Notes: generated from the letters alone by a model not told the origin. Counted from the first letter of the stretch, positions 19,117 through 28,343 are shown. The stretch: DNA of 64,000 nt from Candidatus Uhrbacteria bacterium (GCA_016187485.1 JACPJO010000004.1:121349-185348); one strand, 5' to 3'. A program made the numbers and translations.

Positions 19117-19169
19117 TCAGATCACTTGATCTGACACCGCACCGTACGTTATTACTTGCTCCACGTCAA
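19117..19169 (-). promoter_or_regulatory. Promoter with a palindrome at the predicted start site
   Basis: TTGACG-17-TACGGT (19169-19141); TCAGATCA-CT-TGATCTGA at 19117-19134. Confidence 0.55.
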
Positions 19170-19225
19170 GGCTAAAACGAAAAAGAAATCCCTCTGGGAT
19201 TTCTCATGAATTGCATCACTACTTT

Positions 19226-20209
19226 TTAACAGCTAAATTCTTCGACCGACTTCGGAATCTTAAATTTATCACAAAATTTTACAAACAATGGCAACAAATC
19301 ACTTTTTACTAATTCCAGTTCACGATATATCCCCATTGCGACGGCGAGTCCGTGTGGAATTTCAAAATGGGTGTCTTCTTCAATTCGGTCAGAAAGTTCA
19401 TGCCCACCTCTCAAAATTTTCCGCGAGCCGTTTGCGTTTTCTTCCACATCGATTTTTAGACACACTGCTTTCAAAGTCGCGGTCCACAAAATTACTTTCA
19501 GTAAAGATTTTTTATTTGTGTACGGGTCGAAGTCTTGTGAAAGTAAAAAATCAAGAAGTGTCTGTGACTGATAAATTGCATGTTTTATCACTTCGCCAAG
19601 CCCAGTCGAAATTTGTCTTTCTGAAAGTGTTTCTAAAAATCGTGGGTCGAGAAGTATTTGGTTTGGCTCGTAAAAACTTTTGTAATAGTGCTTAAAAAAT
19701 CTTCCTTTATCAATCATGTTTACCCTAACCTTTCCACCGCTTCCATCTGCCATACCGATTACGGTTGTTGGAATTTGCACAAGCGGAACACCCAACAGCT
19801 CGGCAACATACGCGGCGACGTTAAGTGTCAATCCACCACCAATTCCAACAACCTCTTTCGCTCCGCTTTCTTTGATACGATTTTGTTCAATAAAGTTTTT
19901 GAGCCAACCCCATTCTTTAAAGGTTTCTTCTCTCGCTTCTTCAAAAAATACATTTTCTTTCGGGAGAAAATCTTTGAGAAAAGTATTTGATAAACCCTTG
20001 TCGCAAAAAATCAATTGTGAATTATTAAATGTATTTTTTGAAAGAGAAGAAACAGAGAGAGAATATGATTTTATCTCGTCACTTCGTGGGTGGAACGAAG
20101 GAACATCGAAAAACAATTCGAACGAAGAAAGTTTGTCGTCCGAGATATTTTTAAACTTTTCGTCAGTAGTGAGCGATTCATTAAGAATTTTTGAATAAAG
20201 ACCGTGCAT
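19226..20209 (-). CDS. 3-dehydroquinate synthase-like sugar phosphate cyclase
   Basis: GIGGG, QIPTT..GMADGSGGK, FYEPNQILLDPRFL, GLGEVIKHA, GHE, HGLAVAMG; visibly AT-rich compared with its neighbours. Confidence 0.85.
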   Translation of the reverse strand: MHGLYSKILNESLTTDEKFKNISDDKLSSFELFFDVPSFHPRSDEIKSYSLSVSSLSKNTFNNSQLIFCDKGLSNTFLKDFLPKENVFFEEAREETFKEWGWLKNFIEQNRIKESGAKEVVGIGGGLTLNVAAYVAELLGVPLVQIPTTVIGMADGSGGKVRVNMIDKGRFFKHYYKSFYEPNQILLDPRFLETLSERQISTGLGEVIKHAIYQSQTLLDFLLSQDFDPYTNKKSLLKVILWTATLKAVCLKIDVEENANGSRKILRGGHELSDRIEEDTHFEIPHGLAVAMGIYRELELVKSDLLPLFVKFCDKFKIPKSVEEFSC

Positions 20210-20294
20210 ATGATTAAAAAATTTTCTTCCCCCAAAATTGAATACGAATTAGTCGCCGAGCGAAGCGAACCAAAACTCTTTGACTTTTCCTGTC

Positions 20295-20371
20295 TGGTGC
20301 GGCCGGAAGGAGTCGAACCCTCGACCTCGTGGTCCGAAGCCACGCGCTCTATCCAGCTGAGCTACGGCCGC
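20295..20371 (-). tRNA. tRNA-Arg(UCG)
   Basis: Cloverleaf GCGGCCG...CGTGG-CT-TCG-GA-CCACG...GGTTCGACT...CCA. Confidence 0.96.
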
Positions 20372-20401
20372 ATAAGAAACGCAGGAACTGTAGCGGAAAT
20401 C

Positions 20402-20430
20402 TTGACGTAGGTCAACGAACACGGCATACT
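20402..20430 (+). promoter_or_regulatory. Promoter of tRNA-Lys
   Basis: TTGACG-17-CATACT. Confidence 0.55.
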
Positions 20431-20446
20431 TCCTCTGCTTTTTCGT

Positions 20447-20522
20447 GGGCGCATAGCTCAGTTGGTAGAGCAGTTGGCTCTTAACCAAACGGTCGGAGGT
20501 TCGAATCCTCCTGCGCCCACCA
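20447..20522 (+). tRNA. tRNA-Lys(CUU)
   Basis: GGGCGCATAGCTCAGTTGGTAGAGC, anticodon loop CT-CTT-AA, GGTTCGAATCC, CCA end. Confidence 0.96.
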
Positions 20523-20560
20523 GTCACCACAACTTCGAACCTCCAAGAACCCCAGCAAAC

Positions 20561-20583
20561 AAGCCCCGCCATGAGCGGGGCTT
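20561..20583 (+). terminator. Hairpin after tRNA-Lys
   Basis: AAGCCCCGC-CATGA-GCGGGGCTT. Confidence 0.55.
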
Positions 20584-20741
20584 GTGCGTTGGCGAAGTCG
20601 TCGTTGACGGGCGAATCAGCAGCAGCAGAGCCGCCTGTGGACAAGTCGGCGATGACTGACCACGAATTCGGACCACGATCGCACACGAGGGAGTAGAGTC
20701 ACCTGTAGAGCACCGTATGAAGAAGAGGGCTATTCATCTCC

Positions 20742-21560
20742 TTGCGCACCCGCGTCGCAGACCCGCCACCGGTAGGCGGCGTCGACTACGTCAACCGTCC
20801 CACTCCGCGCGGGCAGCCGCTTGCTGCCGCGTCACGCAACCGGAAGCTCGTCGTGCTGTCCGGGTTTTTCGCGTTCCTCAAGGAGAAGGGCCATGCGTCC
20901 GCAGATCCGACGGCGGGCGTGCCGTGGAGCCGGCTCACCCGGTCGGAGCGGCCTGCATTGACCGGCGCCGAGATCGGGCGGTTGCTCCGAGCCACGGAAC
21001 GGGCGCGAAGTCCCTGGGCGGCGGCGCGCGACGCCGCGCTCGTCTCGGTGCTGTTCCATGTCGGCCTGCGGCTCGCCGAGCTGGTGGCCCTCGACGTGGA
21101 CCAGGTGGACCTGCGGGCCGGCCTGCTCTTGGGCGTCAAGCGCAAGGGTGGCAACTCCCAGCCGTTGCCGCTCAACGAGTCAGCGAGGAACGCGCTCTCG
21201 GCCTGGCTGGAAGTTCGTGGCGAGGCCACTTCGTCGGCGCTTCTGCTGTCGCAGACCCGCGGTCGGCTGTCGCGTCGAGCCGTCGAAGCGCGGGTCGCGA
21301 CGCTCGGCCGCGTGGCCGGTTTCTCGTTCAACGTCTCGCCGCACATGCTTCGGCACGGGTTCGCGACGGAGATTCTCGCCGCCGGCGCGAACCTCGAAGA
21401 AGTCCGGCGACTGCTCGGGCACACCAGCATCCTGACGACCAGCCGGTATCTGCATCCCGACGGCAAGGCGCTGCGGGCGGCGGTCAACCGCCTGTCTCGA
21501 CCAGCTCGACGACGGGGTGGCGATGGAACTGGAAAACCAGAAGGGGTCGAAGACCCTTGA
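20742..21560 (+). CDS. XerC/XerD-like tyrosine recombinase, N-terminus probably truncated
   Basis: Catalytic set intact: GLR, KGG, PHMLRH, LGH..TTSRY; only the distal part of the core-binding domain precedes it. Confidence 0.85.
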   Translation: MRTRVADPPPVGGVDYVNRPTPRGQPLAAASRNRKLVVLSGFFAFLKEKGHASADPTAGVPWSRLTRSERPALTGAEIGRLLRATERARSPWAAARDAALVSVLFHVGLRLAELVALDVDQVDLRAGLLLGVKRKGGNSQPLPLNESARNALSAWLEVRGEATSSALLLSQTRGRLSRRAVEARVATLGRVAGFSFNVSPHMLRHGFATEILAAGANLEEVRRLLGHTSILTTSRYLHPDGKALRAAVNRLSRPARRRGGDGTGKPEGVEDP

Positions 21561-21711
21561 CCCCGACCATGCGCCCTCTATAGACGAGGACGCAAGCGAC
21601 GCTGCCGGTCACGGTCACGCTCTTGTATTCTAAACATACGTTCAGTATACTGGTTCCTGACAGCGTGTCGCGACCCGCGCCGTTCAAGCCGCAGCATTCA
21701 TTGGAGCACAC

Positions 21712-21918
21712 ATGAGAGTGCAATACGCACGCCTGATCCGTTCGTTGGCACTCATGACAATTGGCTGGCTACTCCTACTCTACACCCCTCCGAACTTACC
21801 ACTCCCTCCGCTCGGCCCGCGCCTCACGTCCTCGCAGTACCTTCTCATCCACGCGATCGCCCTCTTCGCGATAATCCTGTCCCATCGATTGGATCTGCCG
21901 CGCCGGAAACGACCTTAG
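21712..21918 (+). CDS. Small putative two-TM protein
   Basis: 68 aa, GGAG before ATG, two hydrophobic stretches. Confidence 0.4.
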   Translation: MRVQYARLIRSLALMTIGWLLLLYTPPNLPLPPLGPRLTSSQYLLIHAIALFAIILSHRLDLPRRKRP

Positions 21919-21977
21919 GTCGATCCGGCACTGGCCTACCCACCCGCTAAATGCGGGTGTTTCCATCTCCCCAGGAA

Positions 21978-22349
21978 TCAAACGTTGCGAGTTCGCATCC
22001 GACCGCGCTGGCGCCGAATCGCGTTTGTGGCGATGACCAACAGAGCGGCGGACGCGCCATTGGCACCCACCAAGATCAACGCACTGACGGCGACATCGGC
22101 GAAAGACACGTGAGATTGCGGTGCGTGACCCCAGAGGGTCTTGAGCAGCATCCCGACTAGAAAGACGAACAGCCCGAGTTCCATCGCAACGAGCGTGGCC
22201 CGCACACTTAGGCGGGATGCGCCCTCGAATGCCAGTTTCGCTATGTGTTCAGCGACCAGGGAGCCGACGATCACGACCACAGCGAACGACATCCATTGCA
22301 AGACTTGTTCGAACACACGAAGTCTCCCGCAGCGCACATACAGTTTCAC
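21978..22349 (-). CDS. Hypothetical membrane protein
   Basis: 123 aa, about three hydrophobic helices; operonic with the two upstream ORFs. Confidence 0.6.
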   Translation of the reverse strand: MKLYVRCGRLRVFEQVLQWMSFAVVVIVGSLVAEHIAKLAFEGASRLSVRATLVAMELGLFVFLVGMLLKTLWGHAPQSHVSFADVAVSALILVGANGASAALLVIATNAIRRQRGRMRTRNV

Positions 22350-22355
22350 GCAACC

Positions 22356-22772
22356 CTACGCGAGTGGTCCCCTCTCCTTCACGATCACGAAAAGTACGAG
22401 GAGAGCTTCCAGGAGCAAGACAGCGCCCGCGACGAACAGCATTGCCCCGATGTCAGTCATCCTAAAAGTAACCGCAGCGAGCAGCATGGCGCCTACACAC
22501 ACCAGTGCAACAGACGCAGCGACGAACCCATCTCGGACTCGCGAGTCAACGCGCGCATCGTCAACCGATGGCAACACTGCGGTCACGGCTGCCGGATCGA
22601 CAGTGTCAGCCCCAAACACGCGACTGAAGGTAGCACCGTCGGGTCCCACGCTCACGGAGAGAAGCAGGCGTTCCATGATCCCTTCCTCTGCGATCCCAGA
22701 CTTGAGCATATCCCGGCTAATGATCCGTACTTCAGCGAGTCCCGCAGGGTCATCGTCCTTGACGTCTCGCAT
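22356..22772 (-). CDS. Hypothetical protein with two C-terminal TM helices
   Basis: 138 aa, AGGAG SD directly after the upstream stop. Confidence 0.65.
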   Translation of the reverse strand: MRDVKDDDPAGLAEVRIISRDMLKSGIAEEGIMERLLLSVSVGPDGATFSRVFGADTVDPAAVTAVLPSVDDARVDSRVRDGFVAASVALVCVGAMLLAAVTFRMTDIGAMLFVAGAVLLLEALLVLFVIVKERGPLA

Positions 22773-22776
22773 TCTC

Positions 22777-23802
22777 CTAGACCTCCCACTCCGGCAGCCG
22801 TGCGGAATTTAGGCGCCAGAGGCTGAGGAGCGCCGCAACCGTTGTCTGGAACGCCCGCCCGGAGTCCTTCTCCCGTCGCCACGCCTCGTTGTCGTTGAAC
22901 TCCGACCACCGGTAGCGCGTCATGGCAGCGAGAATCACACTCCCGGGTATCGACTCACCCAGCGACTCGCCTGCCCGGAGCTTCTGCAGGGCGGCAATGG
23001 ACGAGGACCCAGTTGAGTCAATACTACTCGCCGGCGCGATCACGCCTCGGAGGACCTTGCGGAGCATGGGGGCAGACTGATCACTCGCCCCAAGAGTCGT
23101 GAGAGCCGACGCCACACTCCTGCAACACGAGACGGCGACTTCGACTGCAGCAGGCACGAGATATGGAGATTCCAGGACATCGGCGACTACACGCCGACGA
23201 GACTGGACGAGTCTGTCAGCGAGTCTCCGCCACACGTACCCAAAGTACTCCGCGCCATCCGTGCAACGTCTCTCGATCCACCGGCCGAGTATCAGCACGG
23301 GTGGACGCGCGATCATCTCCATTGCTTCGAGGAACTCGGCAGCCCCCCAAGAGAGCAACTCGCGCGGCGAGTATTGCTCAACGAGTCCAGTAACCATTCC
23401 CATGGCGGCGAAGCGCGCGCAACTCGTTGCCACGGCCGCTCCGAAACGCGCTGAGTCCTGGTACTGCGAGGCGACTACCCCGAACAGCCCCTTAAGATAG
23501 CGGTCGGCATCGAGCTCAAAGCCGATACCGAACGCAAACAGGTCTGGCAAGAACTCAACCACCTCCGGGTTGAGCAGCCGCCCGGCGCCTTCGGATGTCC
23601 GCGCAACCCGCTCAGCGAAGACATGTCGAGCAGCGAAGTGCCCGGCTTCGTGCGCGATGGGCCACCATCGGTAGACATCGAACATCGATGTCGTCGTCAG
23701 ATCAATTACACCGAGGCGGTGCGAATACGGGACTCTTGGATCGAACCCAAATGTAACGAGGCCGCCCGTGCGAAGTTCTGCTCCTCGGCAAGCACAAGGA
23801 AG
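22777..23802 (-). pseudogene. HExxH metallopeptidase-like protein, probably 5'-truncated
   Basis: WPIAHEAGH with a later EFLPD; the frame stays open upstream of ATG 23685 until the TGA at 23803-23805. Confidence 0.55.
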
Positions 23803-23973
23803 TCAACACCTGGACCGATTGGGACCGCTGGCTTTGTGGACACCGCTTCTCCGCGTTTGGGATCGCCAGTCTACGTACAGTAAGTCAAGTAGGTTAGAGT
23901 TTATAGCCGAAGCGGAGCAGTCTCGCAAGAAAAGCTCTTGCCACGGAGACATGTCCTTAGCTAGAACGAAAGC

Positions 23974-24001
23974 GCCCGGCCGGACAGAAGTCCGACCGGG
24001 C
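23974..24001 (-). terminator. GC-rich hairpin
   Basis: GCCCGGTCGGAC-TTCT-GTCCGGCCGGGC then GCTTTCGTTCT on the minus strand. Confidence 0.5.
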
Positions 24002-24319
24002 TAGAGAGCGTCGCGACGACGCGGTGTTCGGGCAGGCACCCGAATCCCCGCCTGCGCGGCGTAGACGGCGCGGTAATGCTGTCGCGCCGCCGCCTTCCAC
24101 CCGCCCACGGTGCAACACACCGGAGGAGAGCGACATGCAGGCCGCGACGCATCCCTTGTAGCCTATTGAGGCCACAGACCGCAACGTCTGTCAAGCACAC
24201 GTAACTCTTCAACTTTCCCGGCTCCCCAAGCTGGTGCGGGAATCTCTGTCCCGTGCCGGCTCCCGGTGAGTCCTTGTCCAGGCGGCCCGGCAACCGTCGG
24301 GCGACCTTGAGGAACCCCC

Positions 24320-24490
24320 ATGTCCGCTCTGTATCGGCCTGCCCCGACCTCCACTTCTCCGCTCCCCACCCTCGCCCTCGACCTGGTCTGCCGCGACCTC
24401 GTGCTCCGGCTTCAGCCCCCGATTCGCATCAAGGTCATCGCCGCACTCGCGGCCGGCGAGCGCGATCCCAGCCGGGTCGCCGAGCACGCC
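24320..24490 (+). pseudogene. ArsR-like HTH regulator, 5' fragment
   Basis: GAGGA SD; LQPPIRIKVIAALAAGERDPSRVAE, then the frame continues as antisense of the HEPN gene. Confidence 0.45.
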
Positions 24491-25165
24491 TCGCAGATCC
24501 GCCGGAGGATCGGCTGGCCACGCGACGTTCGGACGTCGATTTGCCGTGCTGACCTCGTACGTATCCTGCGTCGCCTGCTCGATGTTCGCCCAGCACGAAG
24601 GCGTGACGCGGAAGGCTGCCCCTGCCGACGGACCCTCGAAGAAGTCCAGGCCCGAATCCTGAGCTCCGTCATGCACGAAGTGGTTTCGGACCGAATACGA
24701 TATGGCAGCAGGCCAGCCGAACGATTGCCGGATCGAGTCGAAGAGCGCCGAAGCGGTGTCTCGCTTCGATGTTTTTCGGACGATGAACTGCGAGATCAGC
24801 CGCGCAGGCGACTTCGAGTTGCGGCCGGCTTCAGGAGTGCAGAGCACCCGACCGACAAGCCCAGTAACTGAGTCCGAGATCGCCCAGGTAGTTGTAAGAT
24901 AAGCGGAAACTCCCAGGAATCGAGCGTTTCGAAACCTGACGCGAGTGGCGCCAAAGGGGACGCGATCGTCACCGTCAACGCGCTTCTCAAGGTCGGCCAA
25001 GAAGGTTCGTGCGTCTTCGCGGGCAATGATCAGGTCACGCCACCGATCTACTTCGAGACGACTGTCGACCATGCCCCGGAACCCGTCCTCGACTTCCTTT
25101 GGCAACGCGCTTGGACAGCGCAACAACGCCTTGTCGATACCGTCGTGCAGGGCTGTCGGGCCCGC
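24485..25165 (-). pseudogene. HEPN-like (Rx4H) protein fragment
   Basis: YSVRNHFVHDG motif; frame is open to 25165 with no SD-led start; after DLRGVL it reads as antisense of the ArsR fragment. Confidence 0.55.
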
Positions 25166-26240
25166 TCAGCGTAGTCTGGATGTGGAACGAGAAGCCCTCG
25201 CTCCAGGTGTGCTGCCGTTCGAGCGACGTTGCCGGAACGAGCAGGGCGCTGAGGACACTGGCCCGGGCGGGAGTGGGGGCCTCCCTCGCTACATCCTCGA
25301 CGAGACAGACACCCAGGCGGGTTGCCGACCCCTCAAAGTCTGACCAAAACCCCGGGCCGCCTGCCAATGTTCTCCCAATGAGGTCCTTTGCCCGCTTTCC
25401 GTCGTTCGGTAGGCCACGTGCCCGCCTCGACGCGATTGAGAACTCCTCTTCGGCCACCGAGCAGAGTTCCTGCAGTATTCGATCCGGATCGTCCGCCGCC
25501 GTCGCTCCCATCGCGGCGTAGAAGAGCGGCCAGGCGAGCGTCAGGACAACGTCGTCGAGGCCGATGTTCCGCTCACCGAAGAGCCACTCGACGGACTCAG
25601 TCCTTACGGAGAGAGTACGCAGGCATCTGCAGAGCTCGACGCAGTCCAGGGGCCGGAACTCGGCCACAAGTTCAAGCAGTTCGCCGATTTTCACCCGCTG
25701 AGATGCTGAGCAGCGCTCGATGCCGGCGCGCAACTCGAACGCAAACCGCTCCAGGAGGCCGACGCGCCGTCCTGCTAGTCTCAAGATTCTCTCGCTCCTG
25801 GCAAGCGAAACAAGGACCGCGCGTCCTGCAACACTCAGATTCCCGGACAGTGACGCTTCTAGCACGCCCGTCAGTAGCGCTTCCGCGGCCTCCGAGGGTT
25901 GCAGCGACGCGGCACTGTCTCCGACATCGACGAACAGCCAGGTGCGCAGGACATGATCGCGAAGTACATCGGGCTTCAGCTCCACCAGCCTGTTCCGAGC
26001 GCCCCGTTCCGACAGAGCACGCCTGCGTACGAGGGACGCGATGGCGGCCCTCGCCGCCGGAATGCCAGGAAGCCCGGCGTTCTCGGCCAGGAGTTGGACC
26101 TGCGAGTCATCTTCCCGATTGACGGTACCTAGCAGGGCAACCCACCGGAGGAGAGTGTTGACCTGTTCTGCGGGAAGCTCTGTCTGCTGCTCCACCACCT
26201 CTCGGAGGTACACGTTCGCCAATCCGTCTGCGGTCTCTGG
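25160..26240 (-). pseudogene. Internal fragment of a large STAND-like NTPase (winged helix plus helical region)
   Basis: LLRWVALLG...LVRRRALSERG...ELKPDVLRDHVL; no Walker motifs; the ORF-track N-terminus is antisense of the recombinase. Confidence 0.5.
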
Positions 26241-27008
26241 GCTCGCGTGCAGAGCGTGCAGGAGCGCCGGAGCGTCGACTCGGGCGAGAAGGGCAGCCGC
26301 TGCTTCCTCCTGCGAGGGCTTCTCTACTGCGGGCTCTGCCAGCGCCGGATGACGGCCGAACTCCATCCCAAGGGCGCCTACTACCGCTGCTACCCCGATG
26401 CCGATGGCCGCCATTGTCCCGCACGCTACACCCCCGTCCTTCAGTTCGACGCGGAGGTGGAGCAGCGGCTGGAGAACATCTCGCTTCCCCGGGAGACCGT
26501 GGTGTCCCTCAGCGCGGCCCTGGATCATCTTGCCGAAAAGCAGGAAGCAAGGTGCACCGAGGAACGGCGGAGTCTCGGCACGAAGCAGAGCCTGTTGCAA
26601 AACCAGCTCCTGCAGGTGACCGACGGCTACGTGCGAGGCGTGGTCCCCGCGGCTGCGTATGCGCCGCTCCGTGATCGTTACCAGGCGGAACTCAACCAGG
26701 TGGAAGCCTGCCTCCGGGCTCTGGACCGCGATGTCCACGCGGACGTGGCTGCGGTGAAGTCCCTGCTACAGATGGCCGGGGCGCTCCGGCGCTTCTACGA
26801 CCTGGCGCCAACCGAGCGCGAGAAGAAGGATCTGCTGACTCGGGTCTTCCATCGCATCGTCGTCGTCGACCGCACCGTCCAATCCATCGAGTACCAAGCC
26901 CCCTTCGACTGCCTGCTCTCCGACGACAGCCGGTTGCGGGGTTCTGAGATTCCACCGGACGCAGCGCGGGAGCTGCTCGAAGCCGGCCAGAGTGCGCTGG
27001 CGGCCTGA
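26235..27008 (+). pseudogene. Large serine recombinase, C-terminal fragment (zinc ribbon and coiled coil)
   Basis: LWARVQ...FLLRGLLYCGLCQRRM...YYRC...C; the catalytic N-terminal domain is absent. Confidence 0.8.
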
Positions 27009-27043
27009 GAGTCCTCCCTCGAACATCGTTAGTTTGCGTCCAC

Positions 27044-27111
27044 CATCCTACGCGACAGCAGCAAAGCTGGTGGAGCGTAGGATGCCCTCCGGAGCTTTAG
27101 CGCAGGAGGGC
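27044..27111. repeat. Tandem palindromes (REP-like) beyond the right island boundary
   Basis: CATCCTACGC/GCGTAGGATG and GCCCTCC/GGAGGGC stems. Confidence 0.6.
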
Positions 27112-27152
27112 TGTGTTGTAGGTATTCTCCGTTCAAGCGGAGAATTTTTGTT

Positions 27153-27857
27153 TTACCCCGCCCATCCTTTTGCTTTTAGTGCATTCTGGGCAGCAGAGAC
27201 TTGTGCTTCTTGTTTGCTCGTCCCCTCACCCGTGGCCACCAACTCGCGTCCAAGATACACCCCAATCACAAACTTCTTGGCATGATCCGGCCCCGATTCT
27301 TCAATCACCTTGTATGCCGGCGTGACGGCAAATCGCTCTTGCGCCTCTTCTTGAAATCGTGATTTTGGATCTACGTACAGCTTGAGCTCAAGAATCTTCG
27401 GCAGCTCGACAAGAATATGCGATAAGATAAATTGCTTCGACACTTCCCATCCCTGGTCCAAATACATGGCCCCAATGATCGCCTCGCAGGCGTTGGCCAA
27501 GATATAGCGTCGGGCTTTTGAGTTGGCATCTTTTGCTTCTCCACGCGAGAGATAGAGAAACTCCTCCGTCCGCCACCGTGCACAAATATCCGAGAGCGTG
27601 TCCGCATTTACAAGCGACGCGCGCCAGTTGGTAAGCTCGCCTTCTGGATTATTGTAGTTCTGATACAGGTGCTCCGTGACGACAAGCTCAAGCACCGCGT
27701 CGCCCAAAAACTCCAGGCGCTCGTTGTGCCCGATGGGAAAGTCCGGATGTTCATTGAGGTAGGACCGGTGAACGAGAGCTTGACGCAACATGTCCGTATT
27801 CTTGAATGTCACGCCCAATTCTCGTTCAAGGTCTCCAAGAGGTGAGTGGAGATCCAT
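27153..27857 (-). CDS. rnc: Ribonuclease III
   Basis: HNERLEFLGDAVL; dsRBD DPKSRFQE..GPDHAKKF..SKQEAQ. Confidence 0.97.
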   Translation of the reverse strand: MDLHSPLGDLERELGVTFKNTDMLRQALVHRSYLNEHPDFPIGHNERLEFLGDAVLELVVTEHLYQNYNNPEGELTNWRASLVNADTLSDICARWRTEEFLYLSRGEAKDANSKARRYILANACEAIIGAMYLDQGWEVSKQFILSHILVELPKILELKLYVDPKSRFQEEAQERFAVTPAYKVIEESGPDHAKKFVIGVYLGRELVATGEGTSKQEAQVSAAQNALKAKGWAG

Positions 27858-27866
27858 AGAAGTATA

Positions 27867-28343
27867 TTATTTTTTCTCTTCATCTTTTTTCTTCGGTGGT
27901 TCTTTGTCTACAGCTTTCTCGTTCCCGCTCGCGATCATATCTTTATAGATGGCCCCAAGCACCCCATTTACAAACCGCCCGGATGCCTCGCCACCGAATC
28001 CTTTCGCCAACTCGATGGCTTCGTTAATCGCTACCTTCGAGGGTACGCGCTCCGAATAACACAGCTCATAAATACCCAGACGAAGGACATTCCTGTCAAT
28101 CACGGTGATGGATTCAATCGGCCAGTCTGGAGCAAAGCGCCGGATGCGCTCATCTATCTCCGTTAACCGTCCCAGAACCCCATCCACGAGTTCTTTGATG
28201 AATCCTTCGTCATCGAACTTCGGCGCAAACTCCCCGCGGGCATATTCCCGCCATGCCTCAAGCTGGCCGGCATCCTTGCCGTTGAAATCCCACAGATAGA
28301 GCGTTTGGAGCGCGATGGTACGCGCAAGGTGCCTGTTCGACAT
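27867..28343 (-). CDS. nusB: Transcription antitermination factor NusB
   Basis: RHLARTIALQTLY, IDRNVLRLG, VAINEAIELAKGFG, FVNGVLG. Confidence 0.96.
   Translation of the reverse strand: MSNRHLARTIALQTLYLWDFNGKDAGQLEAWREYARGEFAPKFDDEGFIKELVDGVLGRLTEIDERIRRFAPDWPIESITVIDRNVLRLGIYELCYSERVPSKVAINEAIELAKGFGGEASGRFVNGVLGAIYKDMIASGNEKAVDKEPPKKKDEEKK

Larger units (their letters stand above)
20512..27045. mobile_element. Degenerate GC-rich island integrated at the tRNA-Lys 3' end
   Basis: tRNA 3' end TGCGCCCACCA (20512-20522) recurs as TGCGTCCACCA (27035-27045, 10/11); recombinase genes at both ends; compositional shift. Confidence 0.75.

Noticed and set aside
18058-19134. 358-aa plus-strand ORF
   Set aside because: Antisense shadow of the zinc-finger gene, which has the SD, promoter and terminator.
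20717-21583. 288-aa Arg-rich ORF
   Set aside because: Alternative frame of the tyrosine recombinase, which holds the catalytic motifs.
23803-23805. In-frame TGA as evidence of recoding (code 25 or selenocysteine)
   Set aside because: TGA ends core genes such as leuS. A single TGA inside a decayed island is better explained by truncation.
25035-26738. 567-aa ORF as one intact gene
   Set aside because: Its first ~165 aa are antisense to the serine recombinase fragment and its end runs out of frame over the HEPN-like gene.
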